Assembly (NCBI GenBank): GCA_040260805.1
Contig: JBDQPD010000026.1
Coordinates: 1-36,722, forward strand
Length of the DNA stretch: 36,722 nt
Source: Myxococcota bacterium
GTDB lineage: Bacteria; Myxococcota; UBA4151
Reading direction: 5' to 3'
Positions 17,112 to 25,604 of this stretch are shown here, piece by piece. The translations under genes were made by a program, and so were the position numbers. How positions within the stretch are numbered: position 1 is the stretch's first letter; every line of letters starts with the position of its first letter. Under the pieces are notes generated by a model that was not told where the DNA came from, searched no databases, and saw only the letters and a program-made list of their open reading frames with translations.

Positions 17112-19613
17112 CTACTGGAGCGCCTCAAGAGTCTCGCGTGCCATCGCTGCGTTCTTGTGCCCAGGGGCGAGCGCAACGAAGCGCTGCAGCGCCTTGATCG
17201 CTTTGCCGTCATCACCGAGCATTTGGTACGCCAAGCCCAGATTGTACCAAGCGTCGGGCGGTGCACCTAAACTGGTCGCTTTGCTCAGGCTCTGACGAGC
17301 GGACTGGAAGGTCCCCATCTGGACTTGAGCCCAACCCATCAGATAATGGGCTTCGCCGTTGCCTGGAGCGCTCTTAAGCACCCTGCGAGCCTCGGTCAAA
17401 ACACGACGACTGTCGCGTTTCTTCACGTAATGCCGAGCTTTCGCTAGCGAGTCTTTGCTGACGATACGCGGCTCAGCGGACACCCGCTTGCGCTTCGTCA
17501 CGATACGCTTCGATGATTTAGTTTTCTTCTTTTTCGCCTTGATCGGCTTGTCTGATGGAGCCTTGAGTGCCGGCTTCTTTGCCTCATCATCCGCTTTAGC
17601 TTCCGCCACCTTGCCACCCTCAAGAGCGCTCAGATCCGCTGTTAGATCGTCGGCTAAACCTGCTGCAAAGGCGTTCGGCTCCCACATCGGGTGGTAATCT
17701 AGGCTCGGCCACTTAACCTTGTCATCAATACCGTGGAAGGTGACCCAGCCCGAGACCGTTCTCCCCTTGGCCAGTTTGCCTGAACCCAAGACCGGAACCA
17801 GCCCATCGCTTGCGCTGCTCATCCACCAGCGCGGCTGCTCTTGACCCTCAGAATTATCACGCAGCTTCATCGAGATCATCTCGTACTGGATCTCTTTCTT
17901 GCGCGCTTTAATGGTCAGCTTGAGTCCCACACTGAACTTACCATCTTCGCCCACGTTGGTGCGGCGAATATCGTCAAGTCTAATGGCGATTTGCTCACCA
18001 AACTCAACAAATCGTCCGAAGTTCTTTTCCGTCTTCGTGGTCAAGCGCACGGTCTGATCGTAGGCGATCGCTGCGTTGCCTTCAGCGTTGGCGATCGCAC
18101 GCGCCGCCATGTCTTTGGAGGTCTCAACCGAGAACTCTCCACCGGTGACCGACACGGTGGGCTCGATGCCCTTCGCCTGCAGCATGCGCGCATCTTCTTT
18201 TTCACACTTTTTAAGACGCACCTCACGCTGTTGGACCGCAAGTTTATGGGCGGTTTTGACCGCTTTACCTTTGATAAACGCCATTTTGACTTTGGCGTTG
18301 TTGCAGCTGCGATCATCGATCAGCTTGTCGAGCTCCACGAGCTGCTCATCGATATTGAACGAAGCTTGTGGGGCCGAGCTGTTCATCATCAGGTAACCAC
18401 CCAAGCCCAGAAAGCCTAGGATTGCGATGACGTAATACTTGCTGCTGCTGCTCTTGTGGTAATCGATCTCGAAGTCGTGTGGATCTTCGCCGCCAGCATC
18501 AAACCAGTCATGATCTAAGTGATCATTTGTACCCGAGTCCGATGCCGCGTCATCCGACGATACAGAGGCTTCAACAGCCTCTTCCTCAGACGGCTCACCG
18601 ACCTCAGCCATAATCCGGTCCCGAGGCGAATCAAATCGTATAAAGGGATCTGGCGAAGCTTCCGTTGAAGGTTTAGAGACCTCGGCGGGCTCGTCCTCGT
18701 CTGAATCATCTAAGCCCGCAGCGACCATTGCGTCGAAGTCATCAACAGTGTCTTCGGCGATCAGAGGTGCCCCGGTCTTTACCGTCTCCGCTTCCTCTTC
18801 AGGCTCAGCTTCGGGAGTTGCTTCAGCTTGAGGTGCAGGATCGGTGTCATCGGTTTGGAACGGGCTCTCGCCCTCATCAACCTCTGCCGGGAGCGCGGTC
18901 GGCAGCTCGGTAGCTTGCCCAAAATGATCTTCAACAGCCTCTTCAACGACCTCTTCAGGGGACGCTTCAACAGCCTCTTCCGTCGCCACGAACGGAGACT
19001 TAAAGACACCCGAGTTTCCGTCCAGCCAGTTGGCGGCAGCAGCCTCTGTATTTTCCGGTTTGCCTGCAGCCAACGCTGCGGCATCCACCAAGACAGACTG
19101 CTCGACGAGTTTGCTCGTGAGCCGAAGCGAGGTCAGATCATTCATCGACGAATCGAGAATTCTGCCTAAAATACTTTGCTCGCCGTCAAACTCAAGCGCG
19201 AAGGGGCGTAGCTCACCCGGCAAACCGCTCGCGCCGAGCGCGCTCTCATCGACAGCCAAAACACGCTTCAAGCCGCCGAGTCTTCGAACGTAGCGCATCC
19301 AGCGAGCCATCTGTCGATCGAGATCACCCAGCATGCGCAGGGTTTCGTCGTCCAGCTCGGCTTCTTGTTGGTCGCCACGAGCGTCAAACGTCCACTCGCC
19401 AGACGCCAAAGCAGCTATACGGAGCAGCGCCTCAGCGCCACTCAGCGCTCCAGCGCTGATCCGACCGACGCGGCCAGGCTCAAAATCAATCGAACAACTC
19501 AGGCCGCCCGCATCCACGTTCAAACGCCCGTGGGCACCAGCGCGCAGTAGCCTGCGCACCAACGAATCAGCGGTACCCTCATCCAGCGTTCCACGCTCTT
19601 CGACATGGATCAT
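17112..19613 (-). CDS. DUF4388 (PatA_N-like) domain, acidic linker, single TM, periplasmic Ig-like domain and C-terminal TPR protein
   Basis: N-terminal G.L.....G.L.V......I.F..G.V.....G.LSG.EAL..I.....GEW.F, long D/E-rich region, TM YYVIAILGFLGLGGYLMM, G.TVSGWVTF, and TPRs (AHYLMG, AWYNLGLAY, ALQRFVALAP). ATG 19613 has AGGGG upstream. Confidence 0.75.
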   Translation of the reverse strand: MIHVEERGTLDEGTADSLVRRLLRAGAHGRLNVDAGGLSCSIDFEPGRVGRISAGALSGAEALLRIAALASGEWTFDARGDQQEAELDDETLRMLGDLDRQMARWMRYVRRLGGLKRVLAVDESALGASGLPGELRPFALEFDGEQSILGRILDSSMNDLTSLRLTSKLVEQSVLVDAAALAAGKPENTEAAAANWLDGNSGVFKSPFVATEEAVEASPEEVVEEAVEDHFGQATELPTALPAEVDEGESPFQTDDTDPAPQAEATPEAEPEEEAETVKTGAPLIAEDTVDDFDAMVAAGLDDSDEDEPAEVSKPSTEASPDPFIRFDSPRDRIMAEVGEPSEEEAVEASVSSDDAASDSGTNDHLDHDWFDAGGEDPHDFEIDYHKSSSSKYYVIAILGFLGLGGYLMMNSSAPQASFNIDEQLVELDKLIDDRSCNNAKVKMAFIKGKAVKTAHKLAVQQREVRLKKCEKEDARMLQAKGIEPTVSVTGGEFSVETSKDMAARAIANAEGNAAIAYDQTVRLTTKTEKNFGRFVEFGEQIAIRLDDIRRTNVGEDGKFSVGLKLTIKARKKEIQYEMISMKLRDNSEGQEQPRWWMSSASDGLVPVLGSGKLAKGRTVSGWVTFHGIDDKVKWPSLDYHPMWEPNAFAAGLADDLTADLSALEGGKVAEAKADDEAKKPALKAPSDKPIKAKKKKTKSSKRIVTKRKRVSAEPRIVSKDSLAKARHYVKKRDSRRVLTEARRVLKSAPGNGEAHYLMGWAQVQMGTFQSARQSLSKATSLGAPPDAWYNLGLAYQMLGDDGKAIKALQRFVALAPGHKNAAMARETLEALQ

Positions 19614-19710
19614 CGATAATCCCCTATACGGGCGCGTGGACAAACCAGGCCCGCTCCTTGTACGAGCCTCCATAGCCTGACAATTCCGCCACGGCAATTT
19701 TCGGAGACCT

Positions 19711-20676
19711 ATGCAACGCTGCCAACAATGCGGTGCACCGATGCCACTTGGCTATTGCACGAGGCCGGCATGTACAGAAGCCGGTCAAAGAGAGGATAAG
19801 CTCCGCGCAGCGTTGGTCGAGCTGGTCGACAACTTAGATAATGCCCCTGCAGATGAGGCGGTCTCGCCTCAGCGACAAGCCACGGATGAGATTGATCTTA
19901 CTCCAATGTTTGGAGGCTCAACTCCGTCGGGCGATCGATTTTGTAGCGCCTGCAACTCGCCCGTTGGGATCAATGACCACGTCTGTAACTCTTGCGGCCA
20001 CCTCCTCTTGCGAGTCGGTTTGGGCGTGTCATCCTTGCGCCTTAATCTGGTTCGTTCACTAAGAGGCTTCCCCGGTCAGTCGCTGGCGATACCCGTCGGC
20101 AACTGTCGGATCACGATCGATCAACAAGGTCTGGCCATCGTCACACGCAGCGGCCAACGCGCGCTGGCAGCGGTGGAGACGAAACCTGGTGGAGGTCTAA
20201 TGCTCCTAGATTCCGAGGGCTTTGGCGTCCATCTGCGGATCGATAGCCCCACACGACTTGAAGATGGACAGACCCTTCGGATTGGTCAGCAGTTGCTGGT
20301 CGTCGCACGGTCCCCGCTCGGAACCTTCCCCCGAGCCGGAGCAGGGGCACGCGAGGACCTCGACACTCGTCTTGCGGCGCCTGCTTTAAGGCGTGCGCCT
20401 TGGTATGTTCACCGCTTGCTACCCAATGGCTCAGTCGGCGAGATGCAGCCGCTAGCAGGCTCACGAACCTTAGGTGACTCAAGCTGTGATTTGAACATGC
20501 GTGATGATTTGGTCCAAGGTCATCATGGCACCTTTGATGTATCGGACGAGCTGCACCTGATGCCCGAACCTGATCATGAGATCTGGGTTCAAGCTCAGCC
20601 TGGTCAAATGCTTCCAGCATCGACCCAAGTTTGGATCGGTGACGCCATTTATCAGTTGGAGCGACTCAATGAGTGA
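19711..20676 (+). CDS. Zinc-ribbon protein with two degenerate FHA-like domains
   Basis: CQQC...CTRPAC and CSAC...CNSCG, with FHA-like C-terminal strands (L.DG..LRIGQQLL, VWIGDAIY). Confidence 0.65.
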   Translation: MQRCQQCGAPMPLGYCTRPACTEAGQREDKLRAALVELVDNLDNAPADEAVSPQRQATDEIDLTPMFGGSTPSGDRFCSACNSPVGINDHVCNSCGHLLLRVGLGVSSLRLNLVRSLRGFPGQSLAIPVGNCRITIDQQGLAIVTRSGQRALAAVETKPGGGLMLLDSEGFGVHLRIDSPTRLEDGQTLRIGQQLLVVARSPLGTFPRAGAGAREDLDTRLAAPALRRAPWYVHRLLPNGSVGEMQPLAGSRTLGDSSCDLNMRDDLVQGHHGTFDVSDELHLMPEPDHEIWVQAQPGQMLPASTQVWIGDAIYQLERLNE

Positions 20677-22036
20677 CCAACACGACGAGTCGCTCAGCGA
20701 GGAGCGCGCCGATTTGGGGTCGAGCGCGAGCACAGTGCCTGAGGACATGGTGACCTGCCATGAGTGCGAGTCGCTCGTCCCCTCATCCCACCGCTTCTGC
20801 GGTCATTGCGGAGCCAGCCTGGTTCGATCAACTACTGGCAGCAAACAGTGGACCTTGAGTTTACTCGATGTCGAAGGCGACGTCGACTCCGTCACTGCGC
20901 TTATACCCGGCACCCAGGTTATTGGTTCGGCTCCCGAGGCGGACATTCGAATCGAAGGCGATCGAGCGGTCAGTCCAAGGCATGTCTTGGTCCGGTTGCG
21001 AGACGGTGAGCTGAGCCTGGAAGACAAAGGGACGCGCAACGGCTTGTTCGAACCCATCACAACGACCTGCGGCATCGCGCACAATGCGTTGATCCGTGCC
21101 GGCGGACAATTGTTTCGGTTTCAGTTGATCGAACGTCTTGGGGTAGAGCCGGTGGTTCCTCTTCCCCACCCTTCCTTTGGTCCCGCTACCCGCGTCTGGG
21201 GGCGTCTGCTGCGCTACAACCGTCATGGACAAGTTGCTGCGGCGCGCCTTTTAGACAGCCCGGTTTTTCGCGTTGGGCGCCGCGCAGGCGACTGGCGAAT
21301 TGGCAAAGCACGCACCATGAGCGGAGAACATTTCGAACTCTTGCGCGACCCTGAGGGCGTCGTGAACATCCGTGATCTGAGCTCTCGAAATGGCACGTTT
21401 GTTCAGGTTAAAGGTGCTGTTCAGATCAGGGACAAAAGCGCCTATCTGATCGGTGACCGACTGATTCGATTGGATCAGGTCACATTAGCCGAATATCATG
21501 AGGCGATCGGTTCAGCCGCAGATCTCGAGATTCAAGAGGCCGAATCCGTCGACGCTGCTGAAATCGAAGAAGAGGAGACCTTCGTCGCCATCCCCGAAGA
21601 CGTGGTCGAGGCAGCTCTTGAGGACTCAATCCCTCCCATTTTTTCGACTGAATCAGGTTCTCTAAGACCGGCACCGGCGAGCCCCGCTCCGACCGCTGAG
21701 GACACTGCGCTGTCTGGTGCTCCTGTGGCTCCTGAATCCCCAGAGGTAGAACCTGAGGCGACGATAAACTCGGAATCCCGTGAGCCTGAAAATACGCATG
21801 ACCCAGCGGTCGATCCCACGGCTGATCAAGGTTTGGATCATCCGACTGAACTCGATGAGGCGCCGCCAGAGGATGGCGCCGCTCAAGTCAAAGAGATGCC
21901 CGAGCCCAAAGTGGAGGCAGCCGCACAGGAGCTCAGCGCCCCAAACGATCTGAGCGAGTACGCCACCGAAATCGACGATGAAGAGCCAGGCGAATGGGCT
22001 AAAGCTGCCCTATCGGACTTTCAAGACGTGAACTGA
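20669..22036 (+). CDS. Zinc-ribbon + tandem FHA domain protein with acidic low-complexity tail
   Basis: CHEC...FCGHCG. FHA1 IGS...VSPRH...GTRNG; FHA2 VGR...MSGEH...SSRNGTF. ATG 20669 overlaps the upstream gene's end (stop 20674-20676). Confidence 0.85.
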   Translation: MSDQHDESLSEERADLGSSASTVPEDMVTCHECESLVPSSHRFCGHCGASLVRSTTGSKQWTLSLLDVEGDVDSVTALIPGTQVIGSAPEADIRIEGDRAVSPRHVLVRLRDGELSLEDKGTRNGLFEPITTTCGIAHNALIRAGGQLFRFQLIERLGVEPVVPLPHPSFGPATRVWGRLLRYNRHGQVAAARLLDSPVFRVGRRAGDWRIGKARTMSGEHFELLRDPEGVVNIRDLSSRNGTFVQVKGAVQIRDKSAYLIGDRLIRLDQVTLAEYHEAIGSAADLEIQEAESVDAAEIEEEETFVAIPEDVVEAALEDSIPPIFSTESGSLRPAPASPAPTAEDTALSGAPVAPESPEVEPEATINSESREPENTHDPAVDPTADQGLDHPTELDEAPPEDGAAQVKEMPEPKVEAAAQELSAPNDLSEYATEIDDEEPGEWAKAALSDFQDVN

Positions 22037-22039
22037 CGG

Positions 22040-25000
22040 CTACATTGAGCGTCGATATTGCCCACCGACTCGGTACAAAGACTGCGAGATCTGACCCAAG
22101 CTTGAGACCTGTGTGGTCTGCATCAGCGCGGTGAACAGATTACCGCCAGTTTTCGCAACCTGAGTCAGCGCCGCAAGCGAGGCGCCGCTTTCATCACGAT
22201 AGCATTGTTGCCAGGCGCGAAGGTTTGCGATTTGCCGCCGCTTTTCATCTTCGGTCGACCGAATCAACTCGATGTGCTCTGGCGCTGCGTCGCCACCATC
22301 AGGTGCTAAGAAGGTGTTCACACCGATAATCGGGAGATCACCGCTCATCTTACGGGCTTCGTAAAACAGACTCTCTTCTTGGATTTTACCGCGCTGATAC
22401 ATGCGCTCCATGGCGCCGAGCACCCCACCCCGATCATTGAGACGTTCGAACTCACACAAGACCGCCTCTTCGACTAAATCGGTGAGCTCATCGATGATGA
22501 ATGCGCCTTGCGTCGGGTTTTCGTTACGCGCCAAACCTAATTCGCGGTTGATGATCAGCTGAATCGCCAAAGCGCGTCGAACCGAGCTCTCAGTTGGCGT
22601 GGTGATCGCCTCATCGTATGCGTTGGTGTGTAAGCTGTTGCAGTTGTCATAGATCGCATACAGCGCCTGCAGGGTCGTTCGGATATCATTAAAGTCGATC
22701 TCTTGTGCGTGCAGTGATCGGCCCGAAGTCTGAATATGATATTTGAGTTTTTGCGAGCGCTCACTGGCTTGGTAGCGATTCTTCATCGCCACCGCCCAGA
22801 TACGACGCGCCACCCGCCCGATCACCGAGTACTCGGCGTCGATGCCGTTGCTGAAAAAGAAGCTCAGGTTCGGCGCAAACTCGTCGATGCTCATCCCGCG
22901 AGCCAGATAGTATTCGACGAAGGTAAAACCGTTGGACAAGGTCAGCGCCAGCTGCGTGATGGGGTTCGCGCCCGCTTCAGCGATGTGGTAACCTGAGATG
23001 CTGACGGAGTAGAAATTCCGCACCCTGTGATCGACGAAGAAAGACTGCATATCGCCCATCATCCGCATAGCGAATTCAGTCGAGAAAATGCATGTATTTT
23101 GCGCCTGGTCCTCTTTGAGAATGTCGGCTTGGACGGTGCCTCGAACCTTCGTTAACGTATCGCTCTGGATCCGCTGATAGATCTCGGCGTCGATCAGATC
23201 GGAGCTGCGACCTCCGAGCAGGGCGAGACCAAAAGCGCGGTCGCCCGATGGTGAGTCATCGCCGACATATTCAGGCAGCTCTTGACCGCTCGCTCGCCAC
23301 CGGCTGGCGATTTTAGCTTGGGCTGCTTCTAAGCCACCCGTTTCACGCAGATGACGCTCGACCTGCTGATCTACCGCCGCGTTGAAAAAGAAGCCCAGAA
23401 CCATCGGGGCGGGACCATTAATGGTCATCGAAACCGAAGTCGAAGGCGAGCACAGATCAAAGCCGCTGTAGAGCTTGCGCGCATCGTCAACCGTGCAGAC
23501 AGAAACACCCGAGTTACCGATCTTCCCATAAATATCCGGTCGCTCGTGCGGGTCCTCTCCGTAGAGCGTTACCGAATCAAAGGCCGTCGAGAGTCGCTTC
23601 GCTGCGCTGTCTGAACTGAGATAGTGAAAGCGTTTGTTGGTGCGCTCAGGCGTCCCCTCACCGGCGAACATACGAGTCGGGTCTTCACCTTGACGTTTGA
23701 GCTCAAAGACACCGGCGGTGTATGGGAAGTGACCCGGTAACCCCTCGCTCAATAAAAACCGCGCAGTGTCCGCATCCGAGCTAAACCGAGGCAGCGCCAC
23801 GCGCGGGATTTTGGTCCCGGACAAGGTCTCGGTAAAGAGCGGGTTTCGTAACTCGCGATCACGAACCACCGACACCAGCTCATCTTGGCCGTAGCGCTCG
23901 CGCTGTGCAGGCCACTGCTCAAGCTGCTGGCGAACGTCCTGGTCCATCTTCTGTGCCGCCTGATCGGCTTGATGTTCGAGCGCCGTGCGCACCGAAGTCT
24001 CTTCGATCAGTTTAGCCGCTTCGCGCAGGTGCTGCACCCTGCCGGCTCGCTCAGCCTGGTCTTCCGACCACGCTCGGTATTGACGGGAGTTATCGGCAAT
24101 CTCAGCCAAATAGCGCACCGCTTTGCTCGGGATGAGTTGATTGCGCTCAGGGGCGCCGGACTCAGGCCGCTCAGCTTCACCAGCCCAAGTTTTGTCAAAG
24201 CGTTCGGCTAACGCATCGAGCATATGATTGAAGAGTGTGTTGACGCCTAAGTCGTGAAACTGGCTGGCGATGCAGGGGTAGACCGGCATCGTCGCTGGGT
24301 CGTCATGGAACCGACCGCGGTTGCGCTGCACCTGCTTCGCAACTTCACGCAGCGCATCGTCAGCGCCCTGCTTTTCAAACTTGTTCAGCACCACCGCATC
24401 AGCAAAATCGAGCATGTCGATCTTTTCGAGTTGGCTTGCGGCGCCGTACTCAGGCGTCATCACATAGATGCTGTGGTCGACCAGCTCGGTGATCGCTGAA
24501 TCCGATTGGCCGATACCTGCGGTTTCAGCGATGATCAGATCAAAGCCAGCTAAGCGGCAAAGCGCGATCGAATCCGAGAGCGCTCGACTGGTCGCCTGGT
24601 GCGCCTGGCGAGTCGCCTGAGACCGCATGAATAAGGGTTGGTTCGTCTCGCCGGCGAATAAGCCTAAGCTGTTCATTCGAATACGATCACCCAGCAAGGC
24701 TCCGCCGGTTCGCCGTCTCGAAGGATCCACCGAAATCACAGCGACTCGGCGGCCCGGCAGCTGCTCAAGTAAACGACGACACACCTCATCGACCAACGAG
24801 GACTTACCGGAGCCACCGGTACCGGTGAATCCAATCGTTGGGACGAAGTCTTCGTGTCCGACTTTGGACTCCCCACCTTTGGCGAGCTCGTCGCTTAAGC
24901 GGGCTCGAAAGTCGGCTTGATGCTCTTGCCCCTCGGGCGCTTCAAGCAAGGACAGTAGACGCGCCAGATGCCGATCTTCAATGCTTCGGTTCTCGGCGCG

Positions 25001-25468
25001 CGCCGCGTCGAATTCTGCAAGCGCTGCGTCGACCTCATCGGCGGGGTTGAGATCGCAGGCAGCGACCATCGTTGCGATCATGCCTTCTAGGCCGAGCTCA
25101 CGTCCATCATCCGGACTGAAGATCCGAGCGATACCGTACTCATGCAAGGCCGCAATTTCGCTGGGTACGATCACCCCGCCACCGCCGCCGTACACTTTGA
25201 TATCACCGCGCCCGCGGTCACGAAGGAGATCCACCATGTACTTAAAGTACTCGATGTGCCCGCCTTGATAGCTGGACAAACCGATCCCCTGGGCGTCTTC
25301 CATAATCGCGGCGTCGACGACTTCGGCGACGCTTCGGTTGTGACCCAAGTGGATGACTTCCGCACCTTGCGATTGGAGGACGCGGCGCATGATATTAATG
25401 GCTGCGTCGTGCCCATCGAACAACGATGCTGCGGTGACAAACCGTACGCGGTTTTTTGGCTGACTCAT
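22040..25468 (-). CDS. icmF: Fused isobutyryl-CoA mutase / G-protein chaperone (B12-dependent)
   Basis: B12-binding FDGHDAA, MeaB-like GTGGSGKSS / ETAGIGQ / NKFE, and a mutase barrel with TRMFAGEG (Phe at the position that is Tyr in methylmalonyl-CoA mutase), RLSTAFD, QADILKE, HIQTSGRSL, HTNAYDE. Confidence 0.95.
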   Translation of the reverse strand: MSQPKNRVRFVTAASLFDGHDAAINIMRRVLQSQGAEVIHLGHNRSVAEVVDAAIMEDAQGIGLSSYQGGHIEYFKYMVDLLRDRGRGDIKVYGGGGGVIVPSEIAALHEYGIARIFSPDDGRELGLEGMIATMVAACDLNPADEVDAALAEFDAARAENRSIEDRHLARLLSLLEAPEGQEHQADFRARLSDELAKGGESKVGHEDFVPTIGFTGTGGSGKSSLVDEVCRRLLEQLPGRRVAVISVDPSRRRTGGALLGDRIRMNSLGLFAGETNQPLFMRSQATRQAHQATSRALSDSIALCRLAGFDLIIAETAGIGQSDSAITELVDHSIYVMTPEYGAASQLEKIDMLDFADAVVLNKFEKQGADDALREVAKQVQRNRGRFHDDPATMPVYPCIASQFHDLGVNTLFNHMLDALAERFDKTWAGEAERPESGAPERNQLIPSKAVRYLAEIADNSRQYRAWSEDQAERAGRVQHLREAAKLIEETSVRTALEHQADQAAQKMDQDVRQQLEQWPAQRERYGQDELVSVVRDRELRNPLFTETLSGTKIPRVALPRFSSDADTARFLLSEGLPGHFPYTAGVFELKRQGEDPTRMFAGEGTPERTNKRFHYLSSDSAAKRLSTAFDSVTLYGEDPHERPDIYGKIGNSGVSVCTVDDARKLYSGFDLCSPSTSVSMTINGPAPMVLGFFFNAAVDQQVERHLRETGGLEAAQAKIASRWRASGQELPEYVGDDSPSGDRAFGLALLGGRSSDLIDAEIYQRIQSDTLTKVRGTVQADILKEDQAQNTCIFSTEFAMRMMGDMQSFFVDHRVRNFYSVSISGYHIAEAGANPITQLALTLSNGFTFVEYYLARGMSIDEFAPNLSFFFSNGIDAEYSVIGRVARRIWAVAMKNRYQASERSQKLKYHIQTSGRSLHAQEIDFNDIRTTLQALYAIYDNCNSLHTNAYDEAITTPTESSVRRALAIQLIINRELGLARNENPTQGAFIIDELTDLVEEAVLCEFERLNDRGGVLGAMERMYQRGKIQEESLFYEARKMSGDLPIIGVNTFLAPDGGDAAPEHIELIRSTEDEKRRQIANLRAWQQCYRDESGASLAALTQVAKTGGNLFTALMQTTQVSSLGQISQSLYRVGGQYRRSM

Positions 25469-25604
25469 CAGGATTCCCCCAAGCCGTGCAGCGCCTCTAA
25501 CAACGCACGAAGACCAAAGCCACTCAGAATAGTCCAGAGATTGCAGCCAGACCTTGTGGCTGGGCGCTGACGGCCGCTATGAACCGCAGCCAGTCGGAGG
25601 TTTG

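Noticed and set aside
16695..17295. Two ~190-aa plus-strand ORFs
   Set aside because: They overlap better-supported minus-strand genes and have no recognisable motifs.
25469..25604. Cobalamin riboswitch near icmF (GCCACT and GCCAGACCT words; CAGCCA/TGGCTG hairpin at 25544-25562)
   Set aside because: The words lie on the strand opposite icmF, and the GGGAA/B12-box core is absent. A 6-bp stem is unremarkable at this GC content.
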